DNA from: Anthoceros angustus
Taxonomy: Eukaryota > Plantae > Anthocerotophyta
Direction of reading: 5' to 3'
Assembly: GCA_010909165.1 (NCBI GenBank)
Contig: VJWM01000282.1
Location: 72,001-136,000 of the forward strand
DNA: 64,000 bases
Of this stretch, positions 23,449 through 34,353 are shown one piece after another (positions within the stretch are counted from its first letter, which is position 1; every line of letters starts with the position of its first letter). Under the pieces are notes generated by a model. It did no database searches. It saw only the letters and a list, made by a program, of their open reading frames with translations, and had not been told where the DNA came from. The translations under genes and the position numbers were made by a program.

Positions 23449-25509
23449 AAGGGACCGCTTCCCAAGTATCGTTCTTTATCAAGGAATCTGCACAAGTCCT
23501 TGATGGAAGGATCAATGCTCCTTGTCCAAGTGATAGCCTCTGTGTATGTCTTGGGTTACGGTTTAATGTAAGGAGGGCTATCCATGAAGGCTTAGGTTGT
23601 GGAAGGGTAACCACCGGGGGCGTCTGAAATCAATGGAAGAATAAGGTTCTACCCGCTTGAGGTTCCTAATCTGTTGAGGATAACGGCACTACATGTGGCT
23701 CGACAACAAGTTTGTCGGCCACTTTGTCGTCGGGGGCGAGGCCGGAGTAGTTTTCATGTGAGTTTGAATCGGTGAGAATGAGCAGAAAGATTATCTTCGA
23801 CTAAATCATGATCTACCTCATCCTCTGCGGCGGGAGGATCCCGAACTTGGTAACTCATCAGCGTCGGAAGGAGGTAAATAAGCATCCATCGGCGGGGGCT
23901 GCCAGGCGGTGGGCGGGTATTGTTGCAGTGAGTTGCACTCCTTGGATGCCAAATAGGACCATATCCTAGAATGTCATCTTGGAAACTCGAGAATCGTCCG
24001 GATCACATGAGGTCCACATGGGTGGCGATCTCTTGATTGTGTGACGGATGATCAAAATATGGCCCGGGGACACAAGCTCCTTGAAGGTCCTCACGGCAAA
24101 CAATCTTTGTATGAGTAAGTGGATCCAACAACATAGGCTTTGGCCTCTTCACCATATCCCACAAAGATAAGTGGGCAACTCATCTTCTAATTTCCTTCTC
24201 ACTCTCCGAGGATGTGTCGTCTAGGAATCGAAGACTCGTAAGTGTATGGCTGGGCTTCTGCGCCAAATAACTTCAAGCGGGGTCTTCCCATCACTGCGCT
24301 CGTGAGAAAGCTTTATTAAGAATGTAAGTTCTTTGTAACTCTTGCTGATATACTTGCTCATCGTACGACCATTCTAATGCTCCATGTCCTTGCCGTACGT
24401 TATAGCGATTCGGCAACAGATTACTGCTGCTGGGTATAAGGCACAATATGGCGTACAACACCGTCCGGCAGAGCGGTTGAAGTAAGCATGTGTAATTCAT
24501 GCCATTGTCGTTATAGCGGAGCAAGCATCCTGTTTGCCCTACATGCCATGACTAGCCATTCACGGAAGACCTCAAAGGTATCGGACTTTAAGCGGATGGG
24601 GTAGGTCGGGGAGTATACTGCTAAAGTCATCGATGATGGTAGATAGTACGCACCACCAAGGGAAGGAACATGGATCTTGCAGAAATATACGCATGTACTA
24701 GTTCTAGTATACTGCGATGCACGATGGGCAATGACCTGAGGAAATGGAACCTCTTTACGTTTGGCTATAACACATGCGCATGAGTGGCAGTCTTTGAAAC
24801 ATTTAGGTAGGGGCTCTCTGTAGCAACTTAGGTTCGACATTTTTATCAACTTATCACGATTAGCATGACCTAATCTAGCATGCCATAGACTAGCAGACTA
24901 TCTTGTGGGCATTGTAGGGCGGCATGCGGACTCGGAGGTATGCGAGGTAAGATCAAGGCGGGTACAAATCATGAACAAGATGTCCTTTCCGCGACTAGAC
25001 TATCCCTCCTCTCTTCTTAAGCTCATCGAGCTAGTAGAAGTGAAGATAAGGTCGTGTTAAGGACATCGGTGGCTAACGGTAGGTGTTTGGCCATGAGTGG
25101 AGCGTGCGAGGGACATTATCAAGGTGGAGGGCGATTGCCATTATGCAATCTAAAGCGGCATGCGGGCACACGCAATCTAAAGACACATGTGTATGGATTC
25201 GTCCCCAACAACACCTTATGGGATGTGGTGAAGGCTGTGTTAGTAAGCAGGTTCGCCGTTACAGATGTGGGAGGTGCACGGAATCTAAGTACCATACGTA
25301 TTGGGAAGGCAGAGGCGAAGATGCAAAACAAAGCCGTCATCACAACTGGAGGTTTGATAGCAGATGAAGATGCCTTGGCGACAGAGTGGGCCTCAGCCCG
25401 CTTGGGCTTCTCGACTTTTACGGCCAAGCCTTCTTTTTCGGCCGATCTCTCCCGGTGGCCTGGATGCCACCAATTGCGAGAGCCGATCCGCTTTGTGGAG
25501 GCAGAATGA
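23449..25509 (-). pseudogene. pol: Copia-1 gag C-terminus (eroded zinc knuckle), protease, integrase, linker (unit 2)
   Basis: HPGHRER knuckle remnant at ~25450, then PR, VCHARLGHANRDKLIKM, and YPIRLKSDTFEVF. Confidence 0.9.
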
Positions 25510-25760
25510 CCCTACTAGAAAGGCCGCCTATGTTACACTTTTTGTTAAGATTTGAACCCCCCCTTGTTGCAATTATGTTAAAATCTTGGGGTCTTGTTAC
25601 ACTTATTTGGCCCCTTGTTACAGTCAGGCTTGGTAACCAACCCTCCATCTTGTTACAATCGCGTTACAGTCTTGTTGCAATTTTGTTGCAGTGTAGTGAG
25701 AGGTGGTATTTGGCCCTTTCAAAATTTCAACATATTTGCAACAACCAAAGTGTTACACCC
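25510..25760. repeat. CACTA left TIR and subterminal repeat field (~10 TGTTRCA-like motifs)
   Basis: TGTTACA/TGTTGCA/TGTTAA at ~25531, 25543, 25565, 25575, 25595, 25616, 25651, 25674, 25684 and 25751. Confidence 0.85.
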
Positions 25761-27499
25761 TCTTTTATTCTGATTTTGCGAGGCTTGGTACGAACCTCCT
25801 TCCCATGTGGGTTTGCCATTATTGCTTTCATTCCTTTGTTTTCCCTGCCTTTATTGTTGTCGTGTACGGACTATAAGTATATAATATGCCTTGGCTTCCA
25901 GTGCGTATTGCCCGATGTCATTACTCAAATACATATCGATGCCTTTTCAAAATTATGTACCGTACAAGTGGTATCCGTGTTGTGCACTCCGTTTTGCAAT
26001 GATGCGGCACCAAAATTTCTGGCGTTTGTTTCCACCCTATTATTGCGGTGCCTTTTCACGTCACTCGTATTTCGTGCCCTTGTGGGCGTCCCGTATAAAT
26101 TACTTGTTTTGGAAACCCTTAGTCTACAAGAACAACGTAGTTTCGTGCACCCTGATAACATGCGGTTCTTTGCGCATCCACATCCAAAATTGGCGTCCTC
26201 CCTCGGTAGCAGGATGAATCTACCGGCATCCGCATCCAGCGGTGTCTGCTCCCTCGGGAGGAATGAACCGCAATCTCCATCCGCGACCTGTGCTCCCTCC
26301 TCAGGGTGAATTGGGGTTGTGGTTGGCATTCTCTGTTGCCCGCCCGTTCTCGTTTCGGTGAAGGCCTACTCCTCGTCGTATCGTGTGGGCTGCACCTCCC
26401 ACAGTTCGATTTTGCCCTTCCTCAAGCGGTCTGCTGGTTTTCCTTCCGTCTCCGATTCCACATTTCACAGGTTTGCAGAACATATGACCACATGCCATTC
26501 CCATGGCCCTTGGCACAGCACAAGCTGGCGAGTGCGGTTGCAATTTGCGAGCTTACCTTCTCGGCCTTCTCTTTGTTTTGTTTCCGCCCACTTCCGCCTC
26601 CGATTGCGTGCTTGTCACGTTCCTTGGCACCACCCTCGGCCGTAACTCTTCCTTCCCCATCGCCTTGCCGGGCATTCCCCTTCCTTTCCTCTTAGGCCTC
26701 CTCCATCCTCCATAGGTTGCGTCACCTTTTGGAGCCCATGCGCAGTCCATGCTCTCGGCATCGGCTCGGCGGTATGTGTCGTACAAAGTTCGCAGGCGTT
26801 CACATCTCCATCCTCTTCCGCCACCTCCATGCTCTTCCTCATCGTCACCATGTCGTGGCCGTCGATCTGTCCATTGAGGCTGCTGGATCCCCGTGATGAT
26901 GTCTCATTTACATCTCGCGCCTCCATTCCCTGCACGCCCCGAGGGGCGTTTTTGGCACCATTGCGCACATCACGTCACACGGTCCCCCCCTGCGCCTCCA
27001 TTGTCCATCCACGCCCATCTGTTGCGCCACTACCGGCCTTGATGTCCGCATCCATTCCACGGATGTGTACATGTACAACTCACTTACGGTGGCGCCCCTC
27101 TACCATGTTCTTCGTTGCCCCGTTTTCCCGAGTCACCCACCATGCCCCCCTCTCGATCATGACCCTTTGCTATGTTACGCCACAACCACGGCCGTTCGTG
27201 GTGTCGGACCACCACCTCATCGCCCTCGCCATAGTCGGCGATGTCGATCCCTGCCCCTGCCCTGCTTGTCAGTTTGCCCCACCGTGTAAGCGTTTCCTTC
27301 TCTCGCACCCTGTTTTGTTTGTTGTCATTTGGTGCTCCATGGCCTACCACACGCCTTGATGTCTGTCCTCCCATGGTTGATCGTTCACCTCGTGGCGTCC
27401 CTCTCCATGTCGGGTTCCCGCCACGCCTTGTTGTCCCCGCCATTCGTCCTTCCTTCACGCACATTTGTGCGCGTTTTTCTCCACCACATGCTTGTGGCT

Positions 27500-29100
27500 C
27501 CCTCTGCGGCTCGAATGCCTTCGCCTCATCTAGCGCCCCTTTCGTTTGAAGGATTGACCCATTCCACTATCCTCCTCCTTGGAAGGCCACGAGATCGGGA
27601 TCCTTCTCCAACTCTATATCATTGACGCAGATCCTTTCCAGCGTTATCCGGCAATCTCACGCATCTCGTGGGTTCGTGCATACTTTGCCTCCCTCACACG
27701 TCGAGGAACTCGGCACCGAATCGCCCGCCGGCGCCCTAGCACTTCCATGTTTGTCGTTCCTTCTAGCATGCCATACTACCTCGTCATCTGCGGGATCGTG
27801 CCATACGTTGTGAAACCGCAACACCCGGCTGTCACCTCCCTTTCCCCACGGGTTTGGACCCATACCGCCATTTCGGCTAGTCTCTCCTTGCTATTTCGTG
27901 CTTGGATGGTGAAAGCGGCCGTTCCTTTTCAGTCGTGTCGTGCCCATGCTAAGGCATCTTCCCACTCTTCATCGTCCACCATGGAAGGTTTCCTATTCGG
28001 AGGTAGTTCCCCTTTTCCCTCTCTTCCAGCGTAAGCGGCCTTGGCATCCACACATCGGCATTCGCGTCGCGTCATTTGAGAGAAATGTCTACTTATGCGA
28101 CTTGACACTAAATCGGGAAGGCTTCCGCCACACACTTGATTAACCGGGCCTTCTACGCTTTTGGGCGTCCCTCCACCTTGTCGGTACCCAGGTCGTTCAC
28201 AACCTTTGTCTGACTAGCTCCGGCATTTCTTCGTGTCTCCTTTCGCTTAGCCCACGAACAACGGTGCCCTGGCGCCTTTCACAACTCATCAATTCGTTCC
28301 TCAGCCATTTCACTCCATGCTTGTAGCAAAGCATTCACCAAACCTCGTTATCAACACCATTTACGAGGGCATTCACATCTATTGTGCCTGTCCTTCCTGC
28401 CTTGGCGGTTGATATGACACCTCCACGCAACAAATTCCGCCCGCCATTCCCTTTCTAGGGCCTCTGTCGGTCCTTCTGCTGTCCTCCCCTCCCTCCGACC
28501 GTCTTGCACTGTTACCTTCTGCATTCCCGCATTTTAGTCCTCCTCTCTTACATCCAACTCCCTCCGATCGGGCGTGGGTTGTTCTCCTCTTCCCTTGATA
28601 GTTCCCATTCCCCCTACTTGCCATCCATCGTCTTCGTGCATCCAGCGCATTCACACAATGCACATGGAAATAGCGTTCATCCGGATCGGTCTATATCGAG
28701 ACACCGTACAATGTGTTGCGTGGCGTCACGATATCATCATGCCACAACACACTAACACAGTCCGACATTTCGCTTTCTTGGTCCATGTCCTGCGAGCTCG
28801 GCTGCATTGCTCGTCGTCGTCGTCGGGATGGAAGGTGCCAAGTTTGCGTCATCGCCGAACTGAACCTACATGCCGCCATCGCGTGCTTCCCTCCTTCACG
28901 CTTTGTTGCCTCCTTTGCGCGGGCAGCCTCCTCCCACCGTGCTCGCCGATTGAGCCGGAAGGTGGATGGGGCGGATGAGGAGGATAGGCAAGGCGACCTA
29001 CCCCTCCTCATCCCCTCCACCTTCCTACGGTCTCACAGCCGCGTCGTCGTAAACGCCTCCCGATGTGGTAGGTTGGCCGCGCATCAGTGACATCCTTGGC
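27500..29100 (-). pseudogene. Probable TnpA (Ptta/En/Spm, Transposase_24-like) remnant
   Basis: DDEEWEDALAW...QARNSKER and DPADDEVVWHARRNDKHG resemble the W-x2-L-x3-W...N-K-x-N-R and EPSRxEVxxxTHKKKDG blocks of TnpA. The position downstream of TnpD fits. Confidence 0.4.
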
Positions 29101-29449
29101 CACCTCTGTCAGTCTCACGCCATTTTACGTGCGTTGACCTTCCTTCCCCTGCAATTTTTGGCTCCTCTCTGAGGCAACCTTTTCCTTCCTTCGTCCCTCA
29201 TGGCGGTATCGTGCACTCCTGTCCATACAAACTGGGATTTGAAACATATGAGCCATCCTTCATGGCGTCCTTGAGATTGCGAAACATGGCCAGCGGGCCG
29301 CTTCTGCACTCATATCCCTTGTTCATTGACTTAGGTAGCCTACCAGTGCAGGTCACCAATGTGCATTCGAGGCATTTAGTGTTATTTGTCTTTGAGTGCA
29401 GCGTTTATTCGTTTCATATAATGGAGGATTAATATGCACAAGCCCATAT

Positions 29450-31600
29450 TATGCGTCGGCAAACCCGTCCTTGCGTCATCATCTCTACCCCAATTACGAT
29501 CATTCCTATCGCCTCAATCCATGGGTTCCTACCCCTCCATCCCGTCTTTGGTGCGCCCACCCGATGTTTTCATCCTCTGGATGTAGCATGCATTGGGTTA
29601 CTGTGAGAGCCACACAAATGGGCCATCGATGGGCGCACTCATGTGCAAAGTCTCTCCATGTTCACGTCGAATCCGTGTCGATGTCGCAATGATGGCCTCC
29701 ACTCGGCTCACACTCGTACAGCGAACCTTGACATAACGGGCTTGTACTCCTCCCAGTGCCGCGCAAAATTTCGTATGTGACCATAAAACACTCGCTCTCC
29801 TTCACAACCTTCACCGTCCGCTCATTAAAATTTTGCGAGCACCGCCTTGTCCTTAGTGCTCGGCGCCGTCTATCGCCTCTATCGTTCTAAGGTGGCTGCC
29901 TTTGTTCCACATATGCCGATAAGCTCGCCTCCATTCGTGGACCGTCCATGATAGCGCGCACTTCATCATCATAGCCGGTGATTCTCCCATGCGTTGGCAG
30001 CCCTTCACGCATCTAAACCTTGAAAGTTCGCGGTCTCCACGTGAACCATACCTCGACCTCTTCCTCGTACATATCTAGAAGCAGTGCATCACCTCCATGT
30101 GGTACAACACATGTCGTTGCGCCCGTGCCTCCACGGCATCAATTTGTCTGACCTCCCGACCAAGCACCTTCTCTCCGTCTCGCTCGCACTCCATAGCCCT
30201 CCAACGTGACCATAATAACGCCGCAAAATGCCATCCCATAGTGCATGCTCTCCTCCTTCAAGTACCCCAATGCTATCGGCCTCCGGCCTCGCCGCCGGAC
30301 GGTCCTTCCTCGTCCCAAGGTATCTTTCGGGTACATCCACCTCGTGTGCACCGGTCAGAAACACGCTACCTCGTCCACTAGATGGATTATCGGTGAGTGG
30401 ATATATCAAACATTTTGGAGGAATTGCTTTTCCAGATCGCACATCACCCTCGCTGCCTCCTCTTTCATTGCTTGCTTGGATTTCATGGCGGTATTGTCCG
30501 TGGCAAATCCACTGTCTGACTAACTTGACCACCGCCTTGTACACATCGGGGTCTATGCACCCTCGGAGGACAATAGGGAAGACTACTTCCATCATTATGT
30601 GCAGTCATGGCACTTGCTCAACCTTGCCGCTCGCGATTTTCGCTATGTTAGATCCGTACCCGTTGGCGACTTTATGCGTTTCATTTCCGCATAATAACCC
30701 GTTTGATTCCTCTCGACCGGGACATATGCGGCAGAGCAATGGCCATCCTCTCTGACCATAACCACCCTTTCCCTCCACTCGCTTCCATGTCCATCCGTGA
30801 GGCTATGTCATCTCGGTCTCACATCAGCGTATGCCAAATGGCTTGGCGTTGTTTTTCTCGGCGTGCATAACGTCCTTTGGTGCCATTTCGGCAAAACCGC
30901 CGATGGAGGTCTACAAACAAGGCCGCCGTCGGTTCCAAACCGGCCTCGATGGCGCGGTCCGCGGTCGCGTTCACTCGCGCCATATCTTGATGACATCGGC
31001 GAAGATGGCGAGGCGGTGGGGCCGATACTCGCCACTCCATTGTACCAGCCCGTCATCCACCGTCCCACGTCGCGGAAGCCACCTCCTAAACCAGCATATA
31101 TTTCTTTCTTCAAGTCCGAAGAATACCGTGAATCCAAGTCCTCCCGATCAACACATGCACGGGCCCCTCACTTGCAATCCGTCAGTCCCAAGGCTGGGTA
31201 ATGCTATGACGTGCAAAATCGCTGCTCATAGTTTGAAATGCTGTTTGGATGGTTGACGGTTTGGAGAAGTCTTAGTGTCCATGCCTCTCCAAAGGTCCTG
31301 CAGTCCTCGATTAAAGGCGCCATAAAGACATCGAAATTCTGGCGATGCGAGCCGGCACAATCAACGGCATAATCACATTCGCATCCTTTGTGCTGGCCCA
31401 TGGTGGCATATTGTGCCACGAACAAGAACCATATGGATGTGTTTGCGGACACATGGCCAAATGGATTGAAGCCATCGCACAATGCAAACCTTCGTTTCGT
31501 TGCTCTTCCCCAAAGCCGTCTACTCCATCAAAGCATCGGTGTGTATCGACCATGATGGTCATGTCCAAATCACAGCTCTGCGTCGCTCCGGTTGGCTTTC
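29450..31600 (-). pseudogene. CACTA transposase (TnpD/Tnp2) 3' part, copy 1: Transposase_21, DUF4218, DUF4216-like
   Basis: DGFNPFGHVSANTSIW, NFDVFMAPLIED, and MHTRWMYPKD...YLKEESMHYGMAFC (RWMYPxER-type motif). Confidence 0.9.
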
Positions 31601-31619
31601 CTCATCGATTAGCCGTCCT

Positions 31620-32695
31620 TCCATCATGACTTCGGGCGTGGGTACCTCAAACTCAAGCGCATAAGGCGAATGCCCATAGGTTAAAGTAATGCGAGTTCTT
31701 TGTGTGGTTACCTTCTCGCCCGTCACGAAAGCCCATAGCGCGGTATCCCGATCCTGCGCATAATTAAGTAAGCTTATTCGAGATCGACGGATAAGTCCGT
31801 TGGTCTTCTCGTTAACCCATTGGCCTTGGGTTGTATGGTGCCGTCTTGCGATGAGTTATACGAAATAGTCCGTCATTGCGCTATCACGGCATTGAGGAAA
31901 TGAGTTCCCTATCGCTTACTAACGCAGCGGACACCCGTGCCGTGTGATGATGTTTCGTGAGAACTTTGCCACCGTGCTTGGAGTCCGTTCTTGTTGCCAC
32001 CGCCTCCACCCGTGGTGCGATGGTCCGTTGCCACCGGGATGTATCTCTTACGTGCTTCCGTCGTGGGTTGTATAGGTCCAGAGTCGATACCCATTTTTGA
32101 ATGGCGTTAGTGCCGGTGGGCACCTGACCATTGGGTCGTTAGGGGGTGCTTCTCGATCAGCGACAAGCATCACACCGCTTCTGAATGGTCGTCTCCCTAA
32201 ACACAATGGGCCACCGATCCGGCTTCAAGATCTTCATGGTGGTAACTTGCGTCGCATAGTGTCCACCACCTAGCCTTTCATGCATCCCCTTTATTACTAC
32301 CTCCGCGTTTCACTGTTGGAGGTACCTACAAATGGTCCCACTTTAAAGACGCATCCGTTGTACATCCTAAAAGGTCGAGCGTAGTGTACAAAGGCTGTTC
32401 TTTGCGCACGGTTCAACCCGCATCTCCATCCGCCGCAGTACCGCTCGACTCCGCATAGGTGGGCCGTCCCCTTCGTCCGCTCCCCTTCTCCGTTTCTACC
32501 AGATCGCGTCCATAAGCTTGAGGTTCTTGACTCGCTCCTCCGCTGCGCCTCCGTGGCCACCAATTCCTCGTCGGAAGGTCCTCCACGATCCGCAGGGCTC
32601 ATCTTCAATCTTGGCGAAGTCCGGCGTTTTGGTGTTGACGCCTTGCTCGGTCTCCACCTCAAAGGTGAACTCCTGTAGTAACAGAATCCACCTCG
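31620..32695 (-). pseudogene. pol: Ty3/gypsy (Athila/Tat-type) RNase H end and integrase fragment
   Basis: RWILLLQEFTFEV (RH end), MGIDSGPIQPTTEARKRYI, VEAVATRTDSK, LVSDR, and HHTTQGQWV...TALWAF (HPQTNGQVE-like). Confidence 0.85.
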
Positions 32696-32889
32696 TGATG
32701 AGAATCACGCACAAGCACTTGCAAAGAGTCTTGTAGAGTTGCATTACATAATACAAGAGTGTTTATATAGTAGGTAGAGTCGGTGGTTACAACAATAAGT
32801 TGTTGTAACTATAAGTGGTTATAACCATAAGTGGTTATAACAACTAACTACCTAAATAACCTTCTCTCTCTTCCTCTTCCTTGCTCACA
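32696..32889. repeat. Short solo LTR-like element C (194 bp) with non-matching flanks
   Basis: TGATGAG...GCTCACA ends, AT-rich, minus-strand CTATATAAAC. The left flank is gypsy RH and the right flank is CACTA transposase. Confidence 0.7.
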
Positions 32890-32995
32890 GCCTCCAACGT
32901 GACCATAATAGCATACAAAATGCCATCCCATAGTGCATGCTCTCCTCCTTCAAGTACTAGCGCTATCTTGGCCTCGCCTCATGTTGCCAGACGTC
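32890..32995 (-). pseudogene. CACTA transposase copy 2, piece displaced by Copia-2
   Basis: Matches 30197-30300 (CTCCAACGTGACCATAAT...CTCCTCCTTCAAGTAC). Confidence 0.85.
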
Positions 32996-33247
32996 TTCAC
33001 GAAATATGGAAATGGTGCAAACCAATTGAGTATTTATCAATTACATTATTGTAGAAAATACAAGAAAGCATTAGTAAATTGATTGTAGCAACTAGACTTA
33101 TTCTAGTAGCCAAGAGACATGACCTTTGGCCTAGGGACGTAACCCTAATGAAAGGGTAAGCTAAATAAATTAAAGCTATATACACACATACACTAGATAG
33201 CTAGATATAATAACTATAAGTAATAACTCAACACTCTATCTTCAATA
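32996..33247 (-). repeat. Copia-2 3' LTR
   Basis: Core differs from the 5' LTR by one 2-nt indel and one substitution. Confidence 0.95.
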
Positions 33248-33261
33248 CTCCCACTTGTTGA

Positions 33262-34300
33262 TTATTGCATAGTGATCTTCTTCTCCATGAGCACCTTTGT
33301 CAGTTGAGCTTGAGTGCGTGTGTGTGTACCAGTTGTGACCCAGGCGACCAGCCAGCGTAATGGAGCGACTCTGTGACAGGTGTGCCATAAGCATAATAGC
33401 TTGCCTTTACGTTCGGTCTTCATTCTTTCCACGACTTCTAGGCGTGGGAAGCTCCTAGGCAAGATGTCTTCATCTTACAGTCATGGACTGTCCTCACAAG
33501 CGCCGTGTCTACGGAGGGATGCTCTAGGTAGGTTTGCGCTGACTAGAACGACCGCCTCCATCTCCCGTGAGGCAAAGGGAGTAACCACTCGAGCGGCAGC
33601 ACAATGGGTCTTGGCGGGCGCGCCTAGGCGGCAGAAAAGACAACGCCGTGCTTGAGGCGCGGGCAGGCTGCGGCAGTAGCAAGTGGAGCAAGAGCCCTGG
33701 AGAGATGGGAGCTCCACCTCGTCGCCTGCACCCAGCACTGTAAGCTTATTTTCTCGAGCTTCGTTTGATGCCCGAGTGCGAGAAGGGTGAGTTCAAGTAT
33801 GCATCTGGCGAGCCACATCCTCCTGCACCACCCAAGTTCCCCGAGCCTAAGAACGAGTCGTCGGAGGAAATTGTTACCCTCGGTTGTGCTCGGTTCCCGC
33901 GCTATTTGGTGTGCTTGGTCACCTGAAGATGGTGAGAGTCCGTGTCCAGGCTCCGGGGCTTTGATGACCACATCATAAGCTTCTATAGTAAGTATTACTC
34001 TTCTGTTTGGGCGTAATCCTTTACGCCACATTTAGTTGCCAATTTTTCCTAAACCCCTGCAGTCTCGGCATGAATTCACTACCTTTTCCTCCCACTCGCC
34101 TCACGGGATCGAGGCAGCTTAGGAGGAGAGGCCGGGGCACCAAGGAGAGGATCTCTCCTACGAGGAGAGAAAGAGAAGAAACTCCCCTGTTCGGTGGTGA
34201 GACATTCTCTACTTCATCGGACAGCTATGCATCTTGGGAGAAGATTTGAGACTCCTCTACTTACATGAGTAGGAGGTCCCTTCTGATCTCTCTCCAAGCT
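33262..34300 (-). pseudogene. Extra ORF-like region between RNase H and PPT of Copia-2
   Basis: About 1.1 kb with ORF pieces 33624-34031 and 33262-33462, ending TQAQLTKVLMEKKITMQ* immediately before the PPT. Confidence 0.4.
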
Positions 34301-34353
34301 ATGATGATCCGATTGACAGAATGATTGGGGCTGTTCCTAGCTCATAGGCTAGG

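Larger units (their letters stand above)
17048..25334. repeat. 8.2-kb tandem duplication, unit 2
   Basis: The junction at 17047/17048 fuses the protease start (homolog of 25334) to the element B internal region (homolog of ~8828). Confidence 0.9.

Noticed and set aside
25386-26309. 307-aa plus-strand hydrophobic ORF as a membrane protein
   Set aside because: It runs across the copia/CACTA junction and the TIR repeats, and is antisense to the element's genes, so it is likely a chance ORF.
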